A model generated the notes under the pieces. That model did no database searches. It was not told the DNA's origin and saw only the letters and a list, made by a program, of their open reading frames with translations. A stretch of 64,000 bases of DNA, taken from the NCBI GenBank assembly GCA_943356495.1, contig CALRFF010000002.1:12596-76595 (forward strand). The letters run 5' to 3'. Position numbers and translations under genes: made by a program. Of this stretch, positions 9,182 to 18,779 are shown in pieces (the first letter of the stretch is position 1; every line of letters starts with the position of its first letter). The stretch is from Candidatus Nomurabacteria bacterium. Its GTDB lineage: Bacteria > Patescibacteriota > Minisyncoccia > Phycocordibacterales > SBAW01.

Positions 9182-10381
9182 ATGTTTGACCTTAAAGTAA
9201 TAAACTCGGTTTTGGGCGAGCTCGAGGAGGAGCGCGGCATACCGCGCGAGAAAGTAATCGAGGCTATCGAGGCCGCGCTTGCGACCGCGTACAAAAAAGA
9301 ATACGCAAAAAAAGGGCAGGTCATACGCGCGCAGATAGACCTTAACACCGGCACCACCGAATTTCAGCAGATAAAAACCGTAGTCGATGACACGACCGTG
9401 CGATTTATTACCGAAGAAGAGGAGGCAAACGAGGAGCCGCGGGAGCCCGAGCTAGATGCCGAGGGCAACCCTATCGCGCCCCTGCCCCGCTACAACGAAG
9501 AGCAGCATATAAAAATAGAAGACGCCAAGTTTATTAAACGTGACGCCAAAGTAGGCGACGACCTTGTCTTCCCGCTCGAGGCTAAGGGCGACTACGGCCG
9601 CATTGCCGCGCAAACCGCCAAGCAGGTAATCATCCAGAAAATTCGCGAGGCGGAAAAGGTCTCGGTCGTGGCCGAGTACGGTGCGCGCCAAGGCGAAATT
9701 GTGTCGGGTACCGTGCAGCGCATGGAGCGCGGCAACATTTATGTCGACTTGGGCCGCGCTACCGGCATACTCCCCTACGACGAGCAGATACCGGGCGAGC
9801 GTTACCGCCAAGGCGAGCGTATTCGCGCACTTTTGTACCAAGTAGAGGAGTCGCCCCGCGGTATCTACCTGCGCCTGTCGCGTGCCAAGGGCGAGTTTTT
9901 GGCGAAACTCTTCGAGATGGAGGCCCCCGAAGCCGCGCACGGCACAGTTGTCTTTAAGTCTATTGCGCGCGAGGCGGGCAGCCGCTCTAAAGTAGCCGTC
10001 GCCTCGACCGACCCGCATGTCGACCCGGTCGGCTCGTTGGTCGGCCAGCGCGGTGTCCGCGTATCGACCGTCACGTCCGAACTCGGCGGCGAAAAGATAG
10101 ACATCATCGAGTGGAACGAGGACCCGAAAGCATTTATCCAAGAAGCCCTTTCTCCGGCGCGGATTCTTGAGGTAAGCCTCGATGAAGAGGAGCACAAAGC
10201 GACCATTAAAGTCGCCGAGGACCAGCAGAGTCTCGCCATCGGCCGCGGCGGTCAGAACGTGCGCTTGGCGGCCAAGCTTACCGGCTGGCGCATCGACATC
10301 CAGTCGCAGGGCGGCAAGGTGGTAGAGGGGGTAGAAGGCAAAGACCTCCCCGCTCCCGAAGCTATCCCCCCGATTGAGTAA
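9182..10381 (+). CDS. nusA: Transcription termination/antitermination factor NusA
   Basis: N-terminal domain, S1 and two KH domains recognisable; 399 aa. Confidence 0.9.
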   Translation: MFDLKVINSVLGELEEERGIPREKVIEAIEAALATAYKKEYAKKGQVIRAQIDLNTGTTEFQQIKTVVDDTTVRFITEEEEANEEPREPELDAEGNPIAPLPRYNEEQHIKIEDAKFIKRDAKVGDDLVFPLEAKGDYGRIAAQTAKQVIIQKIREAEKVSVVAEYGARQGEIVSGTVQRMERGNIYVDLGRATGILPYDEQIPGERYRQGERIRALLYQVEESPRGIYLRLSRAKGEFLAKLFEMEAPEAAHGTVVFKSIAREAGSRSKVAVASTDPHVDPVGSLVGQRGVRVSTVTSELGGEKIDIIEWNEDPKAFIQEALSPARILEVSLDEEEHKATIKVAEDQQSLAIGRGGQNVRLAAKLTGWRIDIQSQGGKVVEGVEGKDLPAPEAIPPIE

Positions 10382-10404
10382 CTATTAAGTAGTACAATAT
10401 TCTT

Positions 10405-10935
10405 ATGAATCTCTGGCACGACATTGCTCCGGGTACGCCTGAAGAGCTGAACGTTATTATCGAGATACCCAAAGGCTCACACAACAAGTACGAGGTAGAC
10501 AAAGACACCGGCCTTATCAAGCTCGACCGCGCCAACTACTCCGACGCGGCCTACCCGTTTGACTACGGTTTTGTACCGCAGACGCTGTGGGACGACGGCG
10601 ACCCGCTCGACGTAGTGGTGCTCACCACCTACCCACTCGCCCCGGGCATCTTGGTGGCGGTGCGTCCGGTTGCCGTGATGGACATGATCGACTCGGGCGA
10701 AGGCGACGCTAAAATCATCGCCGTACCGGTCGAGGACAAGCGATGGGAGGACGTGCAGGACCTTGCGGATGTTAACAAACACTCGCTTAAAGAGTTCCAG
10801 CATTTCTTCGAAACCTACAAAGCGCTCAAGGGCAAGCCCGCGCCGGTAGAGATCCGCGGCATCCAAGGCAAGGCCGAGGCTGTTGCCGCCATCAACAAAT
10901 CTATCGAGCTCTACAAACAAAAGTTCGCTAAGTAA
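10405..10935 (+). CDS. ppa: Inorganic pyrophosphatase
   Basis: DYGFVPQT and DGDPLDV motifs, 176 aa. Confidence 0.9.
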   Translation: MNLWHDIAPGTPEELNVIIEIPKGSHNKYEVDKDTGLIKLDRANYSDAAYPFDYGFVPQTLWDDGDPLDVVVLTTYPLAPGILVAVRPVAVMDMIDSGEGDAKIIAVPVEDKRWEDVQDLADVNKHSLKEFQHFFETYKALKGKPAPVEIRGIQGKAEAVAAINKSIELYKQKFAK

Positions 10936-10983
10936 TATCCACACTCAAAAAAGGGCGCCGGCGGCAGCAGGTATACTTAAGGC

Positions 10984-11787
10984 ATGAAACGCCTTATACA
11001 CACTGCAGCTATTATCGGCGCCCTTTTGCTTGCTCCCGCTTTGGTGTTTGCACAAGAAACATCCGTGGACGCACAAGCAACCGTGACCGCATCGACCAGC
11101 CGTCCGCTCCCTAAGCCTAAACTGGGGCCCGCTATTAAAAACACTATCCAAGATACCCGCGCCGGAGTAAAAAACCTTGCTTCTACCACACGCGAGGCAG
11201 TTAAGTCCCGTGTTGATGCTATACAGAATCTTATAGGCGAACACAAGCTTGATGTGCAGGCGATAGTAGAGCTTAAACGGCAGGGCGTAGGGAGCTCCAC
11301 ACCCGAGGAGCGCGAAGCGGCGCGCCTCGAAACCCGCCAAAAAATAGAAGACAGGCGTGCGGAAGTGCAGGCCCGCGTCGAGGCCGCTAAAGCAAAGGCC
11401 GCGGAAAAGTTTAGCGAGGCGGTACAAAAAAATGTCGGTGCCATCGTCGACCGTCTTACCAAGGCAATCTCCGACCTTAGCGCTATCGCCGAGCGCATAG
11501 ACGCCCGTATTAAAGAGCACGAGGCCAAGGGTACCAATATGAACATATCGGCAAGCTTGCTCGCCACAGCGCGCATCGACATAGCCTCTGCGCAGGACAA
11601 AGTAACTGCCGTTGGTACCGCACTAACCACGGCACTTTCCGCTACTAACCCCAAAGAAGCCGTGGCGCCGGTGCGCGCGGCGGTAAAGGATGCCGAGGAC
11701 GCGCTCAAGGTAGCAAAAGACTCCCTTAAAAAGACCCTCGAGTCGATGCGCGCCGAGGCACAGGCCACTACAACGACGACTATTTAA
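10984..11787 (+). CDS. Secreted alpha-helical/coiled-coil protein of unknown function
   Basis: Signal peptide (LLLAPALVFAQE), Ala/Lys/Glu-rich helical repeats; no recognisable domain. Confidence 0.5.
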   Translation: MKRLIHTAAIIGALLLAPALVFAQETSVDAQATVTASTSRPLPKPKLGPAIKNTIQDTRAGVKNLASTTREAVKSRVDAIQNLIGEHKLDVQAIVELKRQGVGSSTPEEREAARLETRQKIEDRRAEVQARVEAAKAKAAEKFSEAVQKNVGAIVDRLTKAISDLSAIAERIDARIKEHEAKGTNMNISASLLATARIDIASAQDKVTAVGTALTTALSATNPKEAVAPVRAAVKDAEDALKVAKDSLKKTLESMRAEAQATTTTTI

Positions 11788-11808
11788 TTAATTAGTAATT
11801 ACATTCTC

Positions 11809-12168
11809 ATGCCTCCTCAAACACCTATCGCCCCGCAGCCCGCAGCCCCCGCTCCTACGCCCGCACCTACGCCGATTACCCCGCCGCCGGCAGCTCCGCC
11901 TGTACCAGCACCCGTCCAACCTGTAGCGGCGGCTGCAGCAGGAAACGGCGCTGTATGGGGCAGTGTCGCCGCGCTAGCCGTGGTATTACTGCTTGCGGCC
12001 GGCGGCACATACTACTACTTCTACGTGTTAAACAGCGCTCCCGCATATACCGCACCGGTCGTCCAAGAACAAAATCCTACCAACGAAGACGCCATACAGG
12101 CCGACCTCGACGCCGCAGCAAGCGGCAGCTCGCAGTCCGATGTAGACGCGCTCAGCGGCTCTCTGTAA
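11809..12168 (+). CDS. Pro/Ala-rich membrane-anchored hypothetical protein
   Basis: Low-complexity PAPTP repeats then one TM helix; codon usage consistent with genome. Confidence 0.4.
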   Translation: MPPQTPIAPQPAAPAPTPAPTPITPPPAAPPVPAPVQPVAAAAAGNGAVWGSVAALAVVLLLAAGGTYYYFYVLNSAPAYTAPVVQEQNPTNEDAIQADLDAAASGSSQSDVDALSGSL

Positions 12169-12219
12169 GACTCACAAAAAAGATGCTGTGGATAGCGCCT
12201 TTGGCGCTATACTGGCGGC

Positions 12220-12384
12220 ATGGATGAGACACCTCTTTCAGCCGAACAGAACGAGCATGGCATCGGCCCGACGCTCGGCATTGTGGTCGTGGTTATATTA
12301 GTTGCTATAGGCGGCATCTATTTTTTTATCGAGGAGAGCAAGCGGCTGCATACGCCGCCCGTTGAAGAGCATTTGAACGCTTAA
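12220..12384 (+). CDS. Small (54 aa) single-TM hypothetical protein
   Basis: ATG ORF MDETPLSAEQNEHGIGPTLGIVVVVILVAIGGIYFF...; TATACT exactly 6 nt upstream of ATG (leaderless pattern); below ORF-track threshold. Confidence 0.35.
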   Translation: MDETPLSAEQNEHGIGPTLGIVVVVILVAIGGIYFFIEESKRLHTPPVEEHLNA

Positions 12385-12401
12385 GAAAATGATGCTACTA
12401 T
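12373..12401 (+). promoter_or_regulatory. Sigma70-type promoter for tig: TTGAAC-N17-TACTAT, hexamer ends 6 nt before ATG (leaderless)
   Basis: TTGAAC 12373-12378, TACTAT 12396-12401, ATG 12408. Confidence 0.55.
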
Positions 12402-12407
12402 CGCGCG

Positions 12408-13466
12408 ATGTCCGAAAAAAACAGTAGCCTAAAAGAAACGGCCGAAACTTTTGTACGTAAAGAGCTGCCCGAGTCGGAAATAGAGTTTGTGGGCGAGGTG
12501 CCCGCCGAGAATATTGCCCCCTACAAAGAGCAGGCCTTGGCGCATATATCACAGAGCATCGAGCTACCCGGTTTTCGCCCCGGCAAAGTACCCAAAGACA
12601 TGGCTCTTAAAAAAGTCGGCGACATGGCCGTACTCGAAGAGGCGGTAGAACTTTTTGTAAAAGATTTTTACCGCGAGTTTATCGACACCGTACAGGTAGA
12701 GGCCGTCGGCCGCCCGGACATACGCATTACTAAGCTTGCGCCCGACCAGCCGGTCGGGCTGACTATCCGCGTAACCACGTATCCGGAAGTTACGTTGCCC
12801 AAACACTGGAAGGACTTGGCCGAAAAAATTGCGCTTGAACCGTCGCTGCCCGCTACCGAGGAAGAGGTCGCCAAAACACTCGAGGACCTGCGCCAGTCAC
12901 GCAAGAAAGACGGTTCGCCAGCCGGCGAAGTGCCCGAGCTTAGCGACGAGTTTGCCAAGTCGCTCGGCGCGTTTGACAGCGTCGCGCACTTGCGGGAGCA
13001 AATTACCAAAGGTATTACCGAAGAAAAGGCCCGTTCGGCGCGCGATGCCCGCCGCGGCAAACTTATCGACGCGCTGCTCGAGCAGACCACCGTGGCCGTG
13101 CCGCGCCTGTTTATCGAAAGCGAGCTCGAAAAGATTTTGGCCCAAATGCGCGAGGACGTGACGCGTTTTGGTATGACCTTCGACGATTATCTGAAACGCA
13201 CCGAAAAAACAGAAGAAGCGCTCCGCGACGACTTTCGCGAGCAGGCTAAAAAGCGCGCCAAGCTACAGTTAACTCTCAACAAGGTCGCGCAAGAAGAGAA
13301 AGTGGAGGCCGACCCAACCGCGGTCGAAGCCGAAATGAAGCATGCGATAGAACACTTCCCCGATGCCAACCCCGAGCTGGTCAAAATCCACATCGAAACA
13401 GTCATGCGCAACGAAGGCGCGCTTAAAATTTTGGAGGGAGAACTAAAAGGAGAGCCTCTGAAATAA
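12408..13466 (+). CDS. tig: Trigger factor lacking the central FKBP/PPIase domain
   Basis: Ribosome-binding signature GFRPGKVP; N-domain joins directly to C-domain (PELSDEFAKSLG...); 352 aa versus ~430 canonical; followed by clpP. Confidence 0.8.
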   Translation: MSEKNSSLKETAETFVRKELPESEIEFVGEVPAENIAPYKEQALAHISQSIELPGFRPGKVPKDMALKKVGDMAVLEEAVELFVKDFYREFIDTVQVEAVGRPDIRITKLAPDQPVGLTIRVTTYPEVTLPKHWKDLAEKIALEPSLPATEEEVAKTLEDLRQSRKKDGSPAGEVPELSDEFAKSLGAFDSVAHLREQITKGITEEKARSARDARRGKLIDALLEQTTVAVPRLFIESELEKILAQMREDVTRFGMTFDDYLKRTEKTEEALRDDFREQAKKRAKLQLTLNKVAQEEKVEADPTAVEAEMKHAIEHFPDANPELVKIHIETVMRNEGALKILEGELKGEPLK

Positions 13467-13505
13467 AAATAGCCTCGGCTCCTACTATTTGTTATAGTGT
13501 CGCGT

Positions 13506-14132
13506 ATGAAAGACTCAAACATCTACAACCAGCTGGTGCCGATGGTCGTCGAAAAGTCGCCCTTGGGCGAGCGTGCCTATGACATCTTTAGCCGCCTGCT
13601 AAAGGAGCGCATCATCTTTTTGGCCGGGCCTATCGAGGACTACACCGCCAACTTGGTTATCGCCCAGCTGCTCTTCCTCGAGTCCGAAGATCCTAAAAAA
13701 GATATCCAGCTGTACATCAACTCCCCCGGCGGCTCGGTAACCGCGGGGCTCGCGATGCTCGACACGATGAACCATATTAAGCCCGATGTCGCGACGGTGT
13801 GCGTCGGCATAGCGGCGTCGGCCGCGGCGATTATCCTTGCCGCCGGCGCCAAAGGCAAGCGCTACGCGCTCCCTAACGCCGAGGTTATGATCCACCAGCC
13901 GTGGGGCGGGGCGCAGGGCCAAGCCACCGACATCGAGATTACGGCCCGCCACATCATCGCCACCCGCGCCCGCCTTAACAAAATACTCTCCAAGGCGACC
14001 GGCCAGACTATAGAAAAGATAGAAAAAGACGTCGAGCGCGACTACTTTATGTCCGCCGAAGAGGCTAAAAAGTACGGTCTTATTGATGAAATCTTCACCC
14101 AAAAAGGGGTGGTAGCGGCTGCCAAAAAATAG
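13506..14132 (+). CDS. clpP: ATP-dependent Clp protease proteolytic subunit
   Basis: [19 protein letters not shown], catalytic Ser/His/Asp context (IGIAASAA, MIHQP); ATG 13506 preferred over GTG 13497 because TATAGT sits 7 nt upstream. Confidence 0.9.
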   Translation: MKDSNIYNQLVPMVVEKSPLGERAYDIFSRLLKERIIFLAGPIEDYTANLVIAQLLFLESEDPKKDIQLYINSPGGSVTAGLAMLDTMNHIKPDVATVCVGIAASAAAIILAAGAKGKRYALPNAEVMIHQPWGGAQGQATDIEITARHIIATRARLNKILSKATGQTIEKIEKDVERDYFMSAEEAKKYGLIDEIFTQKGVVAAAKK

Positions 14133-14181
14133 TGGTATTGTGGGGAAGTGCTTTTCTTAATGAAATTTATGCTTTCTTCAT

Positions 14182-15711
14182 ATGTCTATAAAAATAATAC
14201 TCCTGCTACTCGGGGGCTCGGCGCTCGTGGGCGCGGTGATTGGCTACGTATTCCGCTGGCTCCTTCTTTTAGCTCGTAAAGGCTCGATAGAGGTCGAAAT
14301 AAAACACATACTCTTAGACGCCCGCGAAAAAGCGGAGCGGATTACCGCCGATGCCGAAGCTGCCGCGCGCGAAAAGGTTGCGTTAGCGGAAGGCACCTTG
14401 GGCGAAAAGGAAGAAAAACTGCTTAAGCAGGAAGAGCGTGTATTTAAACGCGAAGAGTCTTTGGACAAAAAGCAGGCCGAGCTCGACGCGCAGGTCGAGG
14501 GCATAAAGACGAAAATAGAGGAGGTCCGCACCATTAAAGAGCGTGCCGAGGCGCTGGTAAGCCAGCGCGGCGACGAGCTTGCCAAGGTGGCTGGACTTAC
14601 CAAAGAGCAGGCCAAACAAGAACTTATACGCGAAATGGAGCGTGAGAACGAGGAAGACCTGATGATGCGCGTGCAAAAGCTCGAGCGTGACGGTGCCGAA
14701 AAGCTCGAGCGTCGCGCCAAGGAAATTTTGACCACCTCGATACACCGTCTTGGCAACTCGGTGGCCGCCGACACGATGGCCACCGCTATTACTATCCCCA
14801 ACGACGACATTAAAGGTAAAATCATCGGCAAAGAAGGGCGCAACATTAAAGCGTTCGAGCGCGCTTCTGGGGTAGAGGTTATTATCGACGACACACCCGG
14901 TTCTATCGTACTTTCAAGCTACGACCCGCTGCGCCGCGCAATCGCCCGCATGGCGCTTGAGAACCTTATTATCGACGGCCGCATCCAGCCCGCAAAAATT
15001 GAAGAAACGGTAGAAAAAGCGAAGGCTGATGCCAATAAAATTATTAAAGAAAAGGCCGAGGCCGCCGCGTTTGAAACCGGCGTGCTTAATCTCGACCCGC
15101 GCCTGCTTATGATCTTGGGCCGGCTGCACTTCCGTACCTCCTACGGGCAGTCGGTGTTGCAACACAGCATCGAAATGGCGCACATCGCCGGCATGATTGC
15201 CGAGGAGTTGGGTGCCAACCCGCAGGTTGCCCGCGCCGGCGCGCTGTTGCACGACATCGGCAAAGCGCTCGACCACGAGGTGCAGGGCACCCATGTAGAA
15301 ATCGGCCGCCGCATACTGCAAAAATTCGGTGTGAGCGAAGAGGTGGTTAAGGCTATGCAGGCGCACCACGAGGAATATCCGTACGAAACGGTAGAGAGTA
15401 TTATCGTGCAAGTAGCCGACGCTATCTCCGGCGGGCGCCCCGGCGCACGCCGCGACAGTGTCGAGCAGTACATCAAACGCTTGCAGGACATCGAGGCTAT
15501 CGCCAACTCCTTCGGCGGGGTCGAGAAATCGTACGCTATTTCCGCCGGCCGCGAGGTGCGCGTGTTTGTTAAACCGGAGGAAATGTCGGACTTTCAGGCG
15601 CGCGAGTTGGCGCGCAACATCGCCAAGCGCATCGAGGAGGACCTTAAATACCCCGGCGAAATAAAAGTAAACGTTATCCGCGAGCTGCGCGCTATCGAGT
15701 TTGCGCGCTAA
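14182..15711 (+). CDS. rny: Ribonuclease Y
   Basis: N-terminal TM helix, coiled coil, KH domain, HD domain (LLHDIGKA); 509 aa. Confidence 0.9.
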   Translation: MSIKIILLLLGGSALVGAVIGYVFRWLLLLARKGSIEVEIKHILLDAREKAERITADAEAAAREKVALAEGTLGEKEEKLLKQEERVFKREESLDKKQAELDAQVEGIKTKIEEVRTIKERAEALVSQRGDELAKVAGLTKEQAKQELIREMERENEEDLMMRVQKLERDGAEKLERRAKEILTTSIHRLGNSVAADTMATAITIPNDDIKGKIIGKEGRNIKAFERASGVEVIIDDTPGSIVLSSYDPLRRAIARMALENLIIDGRIQPAKIEETVEKAKADANKIIKEKAEAAAFETGVLNLDPRLLMILGRLHFRTSYGQSVLQHSIEMAHIAGMIAEELGANPQVARAGALLHDIGKALDHEVQGTHVEIGRRILQKFGVSEEVVKAMQAHHEEYPYETVESIIVQVADAISGGRPGARRDSVEQYIKRLQDIEAIANSFGGVEKSYAISAGREVRVFVKPEEMSDFQARELARNIAKRIEEDLKYPGEIKVNVIRELRAIEFAR

Positions 15712-15776
15712 GGTTGCTAAATAGGCCGCTCGGGCGTATCGTTTTCTTAGACTGGTCTTAATGCGGGGAGGGTTGT

Positions 15777-16205
15777 ATGCGAGTGTTCTTCGCTATCGAC
15801 GAAAAATCCCACATCGGAGCCTCGACGATCCGAAAACTGCTGTCGTTGCAGCTCTCGAACAGGCGCTACGAGATTCTGCGGCTTGGCGACGAGCACTTTC
15901 ATTGTTCGCGCGGCAGTCTCGACGCGCTGTTTACCGTAGCGACGTTCGAAGGAAGAAAGATACTGAGCCGCTACGCCGACGCCACGGCCTGCGTTGTTAT
16001 CGCAGGCGCAAAAGCGAGGGACATACACTGCAAAGGCCAAACGGCCCCTCTCGACTATGGGGTTGTGGTGACTCCGCGCTTGGCGATAGGACGCCTACTC
16101 AACCCAAAAATACGGGGTGAGGTCTACTGGGCATCAAGTCCCGCGCTGCAGCCCGAGCTTGCCGAAGCGGCAATCGAGCTCGCCGGCTTTGAACTAACGA
16201 GCTGA
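15777..16205 (+). CDS. Hypothetical protein (142 aa), possibly RNase H-fold/YqgF-like
   Basis: Longest ORF in region with genome-typical codon usage; weak resemblance only; followed by strong terminator. Confidence 0.35.
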   Translation: MRVFFAIDEKSHIGASTIRKLLSLQLSNRRYEILRLGDEHFHCSRGSLDALFTVATFEGRKILSRYADATACVVIAGAKARDIHCKGQTAPLDYGVVVTPRLAIGRLLNPKIRGEVYWASSPALQPELAEAAIELAGFELTS

Positions 16206-16208
16206 TAC

Positions 16209-16240
16209 CCGGCCCCACCTAAGGTGGGGCCGTTTTTTTG
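16209..16240 (+). terminator. Rho-independent terminator
   Basis: GGCCCCACC taa GGTGGGGCC followed by TTTTTTT. Confidence 0.85.
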
Positions 16241-16342
16241 CCCCTTTTGGCCCTGTGGACTACTCCAAATGGCTCTATTGCAAGGTTTTTTGAGGGGGGT
16301 ATACTACCCCCACAGGGTTTGGTAGAGGTTTTCCATTATCGT

Positions 16343-16400
16343 CTAGCGAAGCGAGAGAACAAAAGCTTGCTTTTGATTCCGAGCGAGCGACGACGATATG
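16343..16400 (+). repeat. Copy A of a three-member structured intergenic element family (GA-rich flanks plus variable perfect hairpin), directly upstream of hup
   Basis: CTAGCGAAGCGAG..CAAAAGC tt GCTTTTG..CCGAGCGAGCGACGACGATATG; aligns with copies at 20404-20472 and 25003-25060. Confidence 0.6.
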
Positions 16401-16431
16401 AATTATTATTCATATCAATTAACTATCCATC

Positions 16432-16704
16432 ATGAATAAGCAGGATATTGCAGAGAAGGTGCACGGCGTACTTGGTACCACCAAGGCAGACGCCGAACGC
16501 GCCGTCGAAGCCATGATAGAAGGCATTGTCGGAGAGCTCAAAAAGGGCGGCGAAGTCTCCGTGGCCGGTCTTGGCATCTTCAAGACCAAAATGCGCGCCG
16601 CACGCCAAGCGCGCAACCCGCGCACCGGCGCGACCGTACAGGTCCCCTCGATGCGTGTGCCGAAGTTCCAACCGGCAAAAGCGCTTAAAGAAGCGGTAAA
16701 GTAG
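16432..16704 (+). CDS. hup: DNA-binding protein HU
   Basis: 90 aa, GFGKF-like arm (GLGIFKTKMRAARQARNPRTG), classic HU/IHF fold sequence. Confidence 0.9.
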   Translation: MNKQDIAEKVHGVLGTTKADAERAVEAMIEGIVGELKKGGEVSVAGLGIFKTKMRAARQARNPRTGATVQVPSMRVPKFQPAKALKEAVK

Positions 16705-16724
16705 CCAGACAGGATCCTCTCAAA

Positions 16725-16760
16725 ACAAAAAACCCCGACCAAAGTCGGGGTTTTTTGTTG
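16725..16760. terminator. Bidirectional rho-independent terminator between hup and the convergent DUF3298-like gene
   Basis: AAAAAACCCCGAC caaag TCGGGGTTTTTT, U-runs on both strands. Confidence 0.85.
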
Positions 16761-16761
16761 C

Positions 16762-17517
16762 TTACTGGATATCCTTAAGTTGTATCCGCACTTCAAAGCT
16801 CCCCACCGCATAGGCGGCTACTTGGTAGGGCGGCAAGGCCAGCACCAGCGTGTCGCCGTCTATAACAAAGGTAGAAAAGTTTTCTACCTTAGGGGCAAGG
16901 CCTTCGGCAAAGATTGAGCCGCTTACATCGTCTACTCCGGTGCGGGCCTTCATTTGAGCGGTTACGTCGTTAGAGACAAGCAGTGATAGTTCCTCGAGCC
17001 CGTTGGGGTTTGTGGCAAGTATGTCGGTAATGCCTAGCTGTTTACCCTGCTTATCAAACACAAAACTCATAAAGTACGCGTTCGGGTGCGCGCCGAGCGT
17101 ATCCTCATAAATCGCATATAAGTACGACACCGTGTCCGCGCCCGCATAGGCCTTGTACTCCATACCCAAAGCATATTTACGGTCGACGCCCAAGCCCTGG
17201 ATCTTTATATCCTCGGCAGTAAGTGCGGCAAAGTTGCCGTTTTCTTTAAACTCGGCGATGCGCTCTGCTATAGCGCTCTCAATAGTCATACGGACCTTTG
17301 CGTCCGCTGCCGGCGATAACTCAGTCGAAAAAGGGTACAGCGCTTCTATCGTATAGTAGGCTTCGTTTTCGTGATACACCATACTCCCCTCGCCTAGCTG
17401 CTCCCCTTGCAGCACCGGCGTATACACAACACTTTGCGGCGCCTTAACTAAACTTAGGCCCCACACTACCCCCGCGGCTACTATCACAAGCCCTACAATT
17501 GCGAGAAATTTATTCAT
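16762..17517 (-). CDS. Membrane-anchored DUF4163/DUF3298 (RsiV-like) domain protein
   Basis: N-terminal TM then ~230 aa beta-rich domain resembling the DUF4163+DUF3298 pair; start at MNKFLAIV. Confidence 0.5.
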   Translation of the reverse strand: MNKFLAIVGLVIVAAGVVWGLSLVKAPQSVVYTPVLQGEQLGEGSMVYHENEAYYTIEALYPFSTELSPAADAKVRMTIESAIAERIAEFKENGNFAALTAEDIKIQGLGVDRKYALGMEYKAYAGADTVSYLYAIYEDTLGAHPNAYFMSFVFDKQGKQLGITDILATNPNGLEELSLLVSNDVTAQMKARTGVDDVSGSIFAEGLAPKVENFSTFVIDGDTLVLALPPYQVAAYAVGSFEVRIQLKDIQ

Positions 17518-17542
17518 ATATTCGGAGTATATCAATCTTTTG

Positions 17543-17613
17543 TGCGGGATGGGAGAATCGAACTCCCAACTACAGTTTGGAAAACTGTCGTTTTACCACT
17601 AAACTAATCCCGC
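17543..17613 (-). tRNA. tRNA-Gly (anticodon UCC)
   Basis: Cloverleaf: GCGGGAT acceptor, anticodon loop TTTCCAA, T-arm GGGAGTTCGATTCTCCC; CCA not encoded. Confidence 0.85.
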
Positions 17614-17636
17614 TTTTCGGTATACTGAGAGTATAT

Positions 17637-18779
17637 ATGGAAGTTATATATGCGCTACTGCATCAGGCGCTCGCCGTGGTTATAGGCGTGCTTGTTGCAC
17701 TTGGATCATTTTTTACCGGACACACAGAGACGGCACATGCACCCCTCCCCGTCCCTGCCGCAACAACTACAGCAACAGCCTCTTTTCCGGTTGCCTCGAG
17801 CGCACCAAAAACTATCGCGACCAGTACTCCAGCAAAAAATCCTCCTCAAAAGTCCTCGGATCTCCTGTCCGAGCCGAAAGCTGCCGGCTCGGCAGGCCAG
17901 ACTTTTGCTCCAGATTCTTTGCCTACGTTTTCAACGGAGCAATTAAATACATTGGCGCGCGGGGCGTTGGTTAATATTTTGTGCACTACCCTTTCAGGCG
18001 GCTCGTTTAACCCCATATCGGGCTCGGGCGTCGTAGTAGACAGCCGCGGCGTCATACTTACCAATGCGCATGTTGCGCAATACTTTTTATTGCGCGACTA
18101 CCCTACCACCAACAGCATCGATTGCGTCGTGCGTACCGGCAGCCCCGCCCAGCCGCGCTATCGCGCAGAGCTGTTGTACCTGCCGCCCACGTGGGTAGTG
18201 GCAAACGCCGCGCAGATAAAAAAAGACACGCCGACAGGCACGGGCGAGTTTGACTACGCTTTTTTGCGCATTACAGGCAGCACCAACCCGCAAGGCACTA
18301 TTCCCTCTTCGTTTGCAGCCTTGCCGATGGAGTCGGGCGACCCATACGTACAGCAACGGATATTGTTGGCGGCGTATCCCGCCGGATTTTTAGGCGGCAT
18401 TGCCATAAGTCTTAATCTCTACCCTACCTCGGCGCTTGCCACCGTGGGCGACGTATACACCTTTGGCGGCGAGACGAACATCGACCTCTTTTCGCTCGGT
18501 GGCACGGTAGTCGCACAAACCGGCTCTTCCGGAGGCGCAGCCGTCTCCGCCCAAGGCAAACTTATAGGACTTATAGCCACCGAGGTGCCGGGGGCTACTA
18601 CCGCCGAGCGCGACCTGCGCGCTATTACTATGGCCCACATAGACCGCAGCTTACGTGCCGCCGGACAAGGAGGCATACTCACGCTACTTTCTCGCGATGT
18701 CGTACAGTTTGCCGCCGAGTTTAACGCCGCCACCGCCCCGATAGAAACAAGACTTCTTCTCGACGCGCTTACGAAGTAG
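17637..18779 (+). CDS. Secreted trypsin-like (S1 family) serine protease
   Basis: TM/signal, Pro/Thr-rich linker, catalytic His (LTNAHVA), GSSGGAAV serine motif; ORF start inside tRNA rejected, start at MEVIYALL. Confidence 0.7.
   Translation: MEVIYALLHQALAVVIGVLVALGSFFTGHTETAHAPLPVPAATTTATASFPVASSAPKTIATSTPAKNPPQKSSDLLSEPKAAGSAGQTFAPDSLPTFSTEQLNTLARGALVNILCTTLSGGSFNPISGSGVVVDSRGVILTNAHVAQYFLLRDYPTTNSIDCVVRTGSPAQPRYRAELLYLPPTWVVANAAQIKKDTPTGTGEFDYAFLRITGSTNPQGTIPSSFAALPMESGDPYVQQRILLAAYPAGFLGGIAISLNLYPTSALATVGDVYTFGGETNIDLFSLGGTVVAQTGSSGGAAVSAQGKLIGLIATEVPGATTAERDLRAITMAHIDRSLRAAGQGGILTLLSRDVVQFAAEFNAATAPIETRLLLDALTK

Noticed and set aside
10945-11768. Two overlapping minus-strand ORFs (191 and 263 aa) opposite the secreted coiled-coil gene
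   Set aside because: The plus-strand frame has a clean signal peptide and coherent composition. The minus frames are Ala/Ser/Arg-rich antisense artefacts.
14244-15506. Minus-strand ORFs (216, 165 and 121 aa) inside rny
   Set aside because: Antisense to RNase Y, whose TM, KH and HD domains are all intact.
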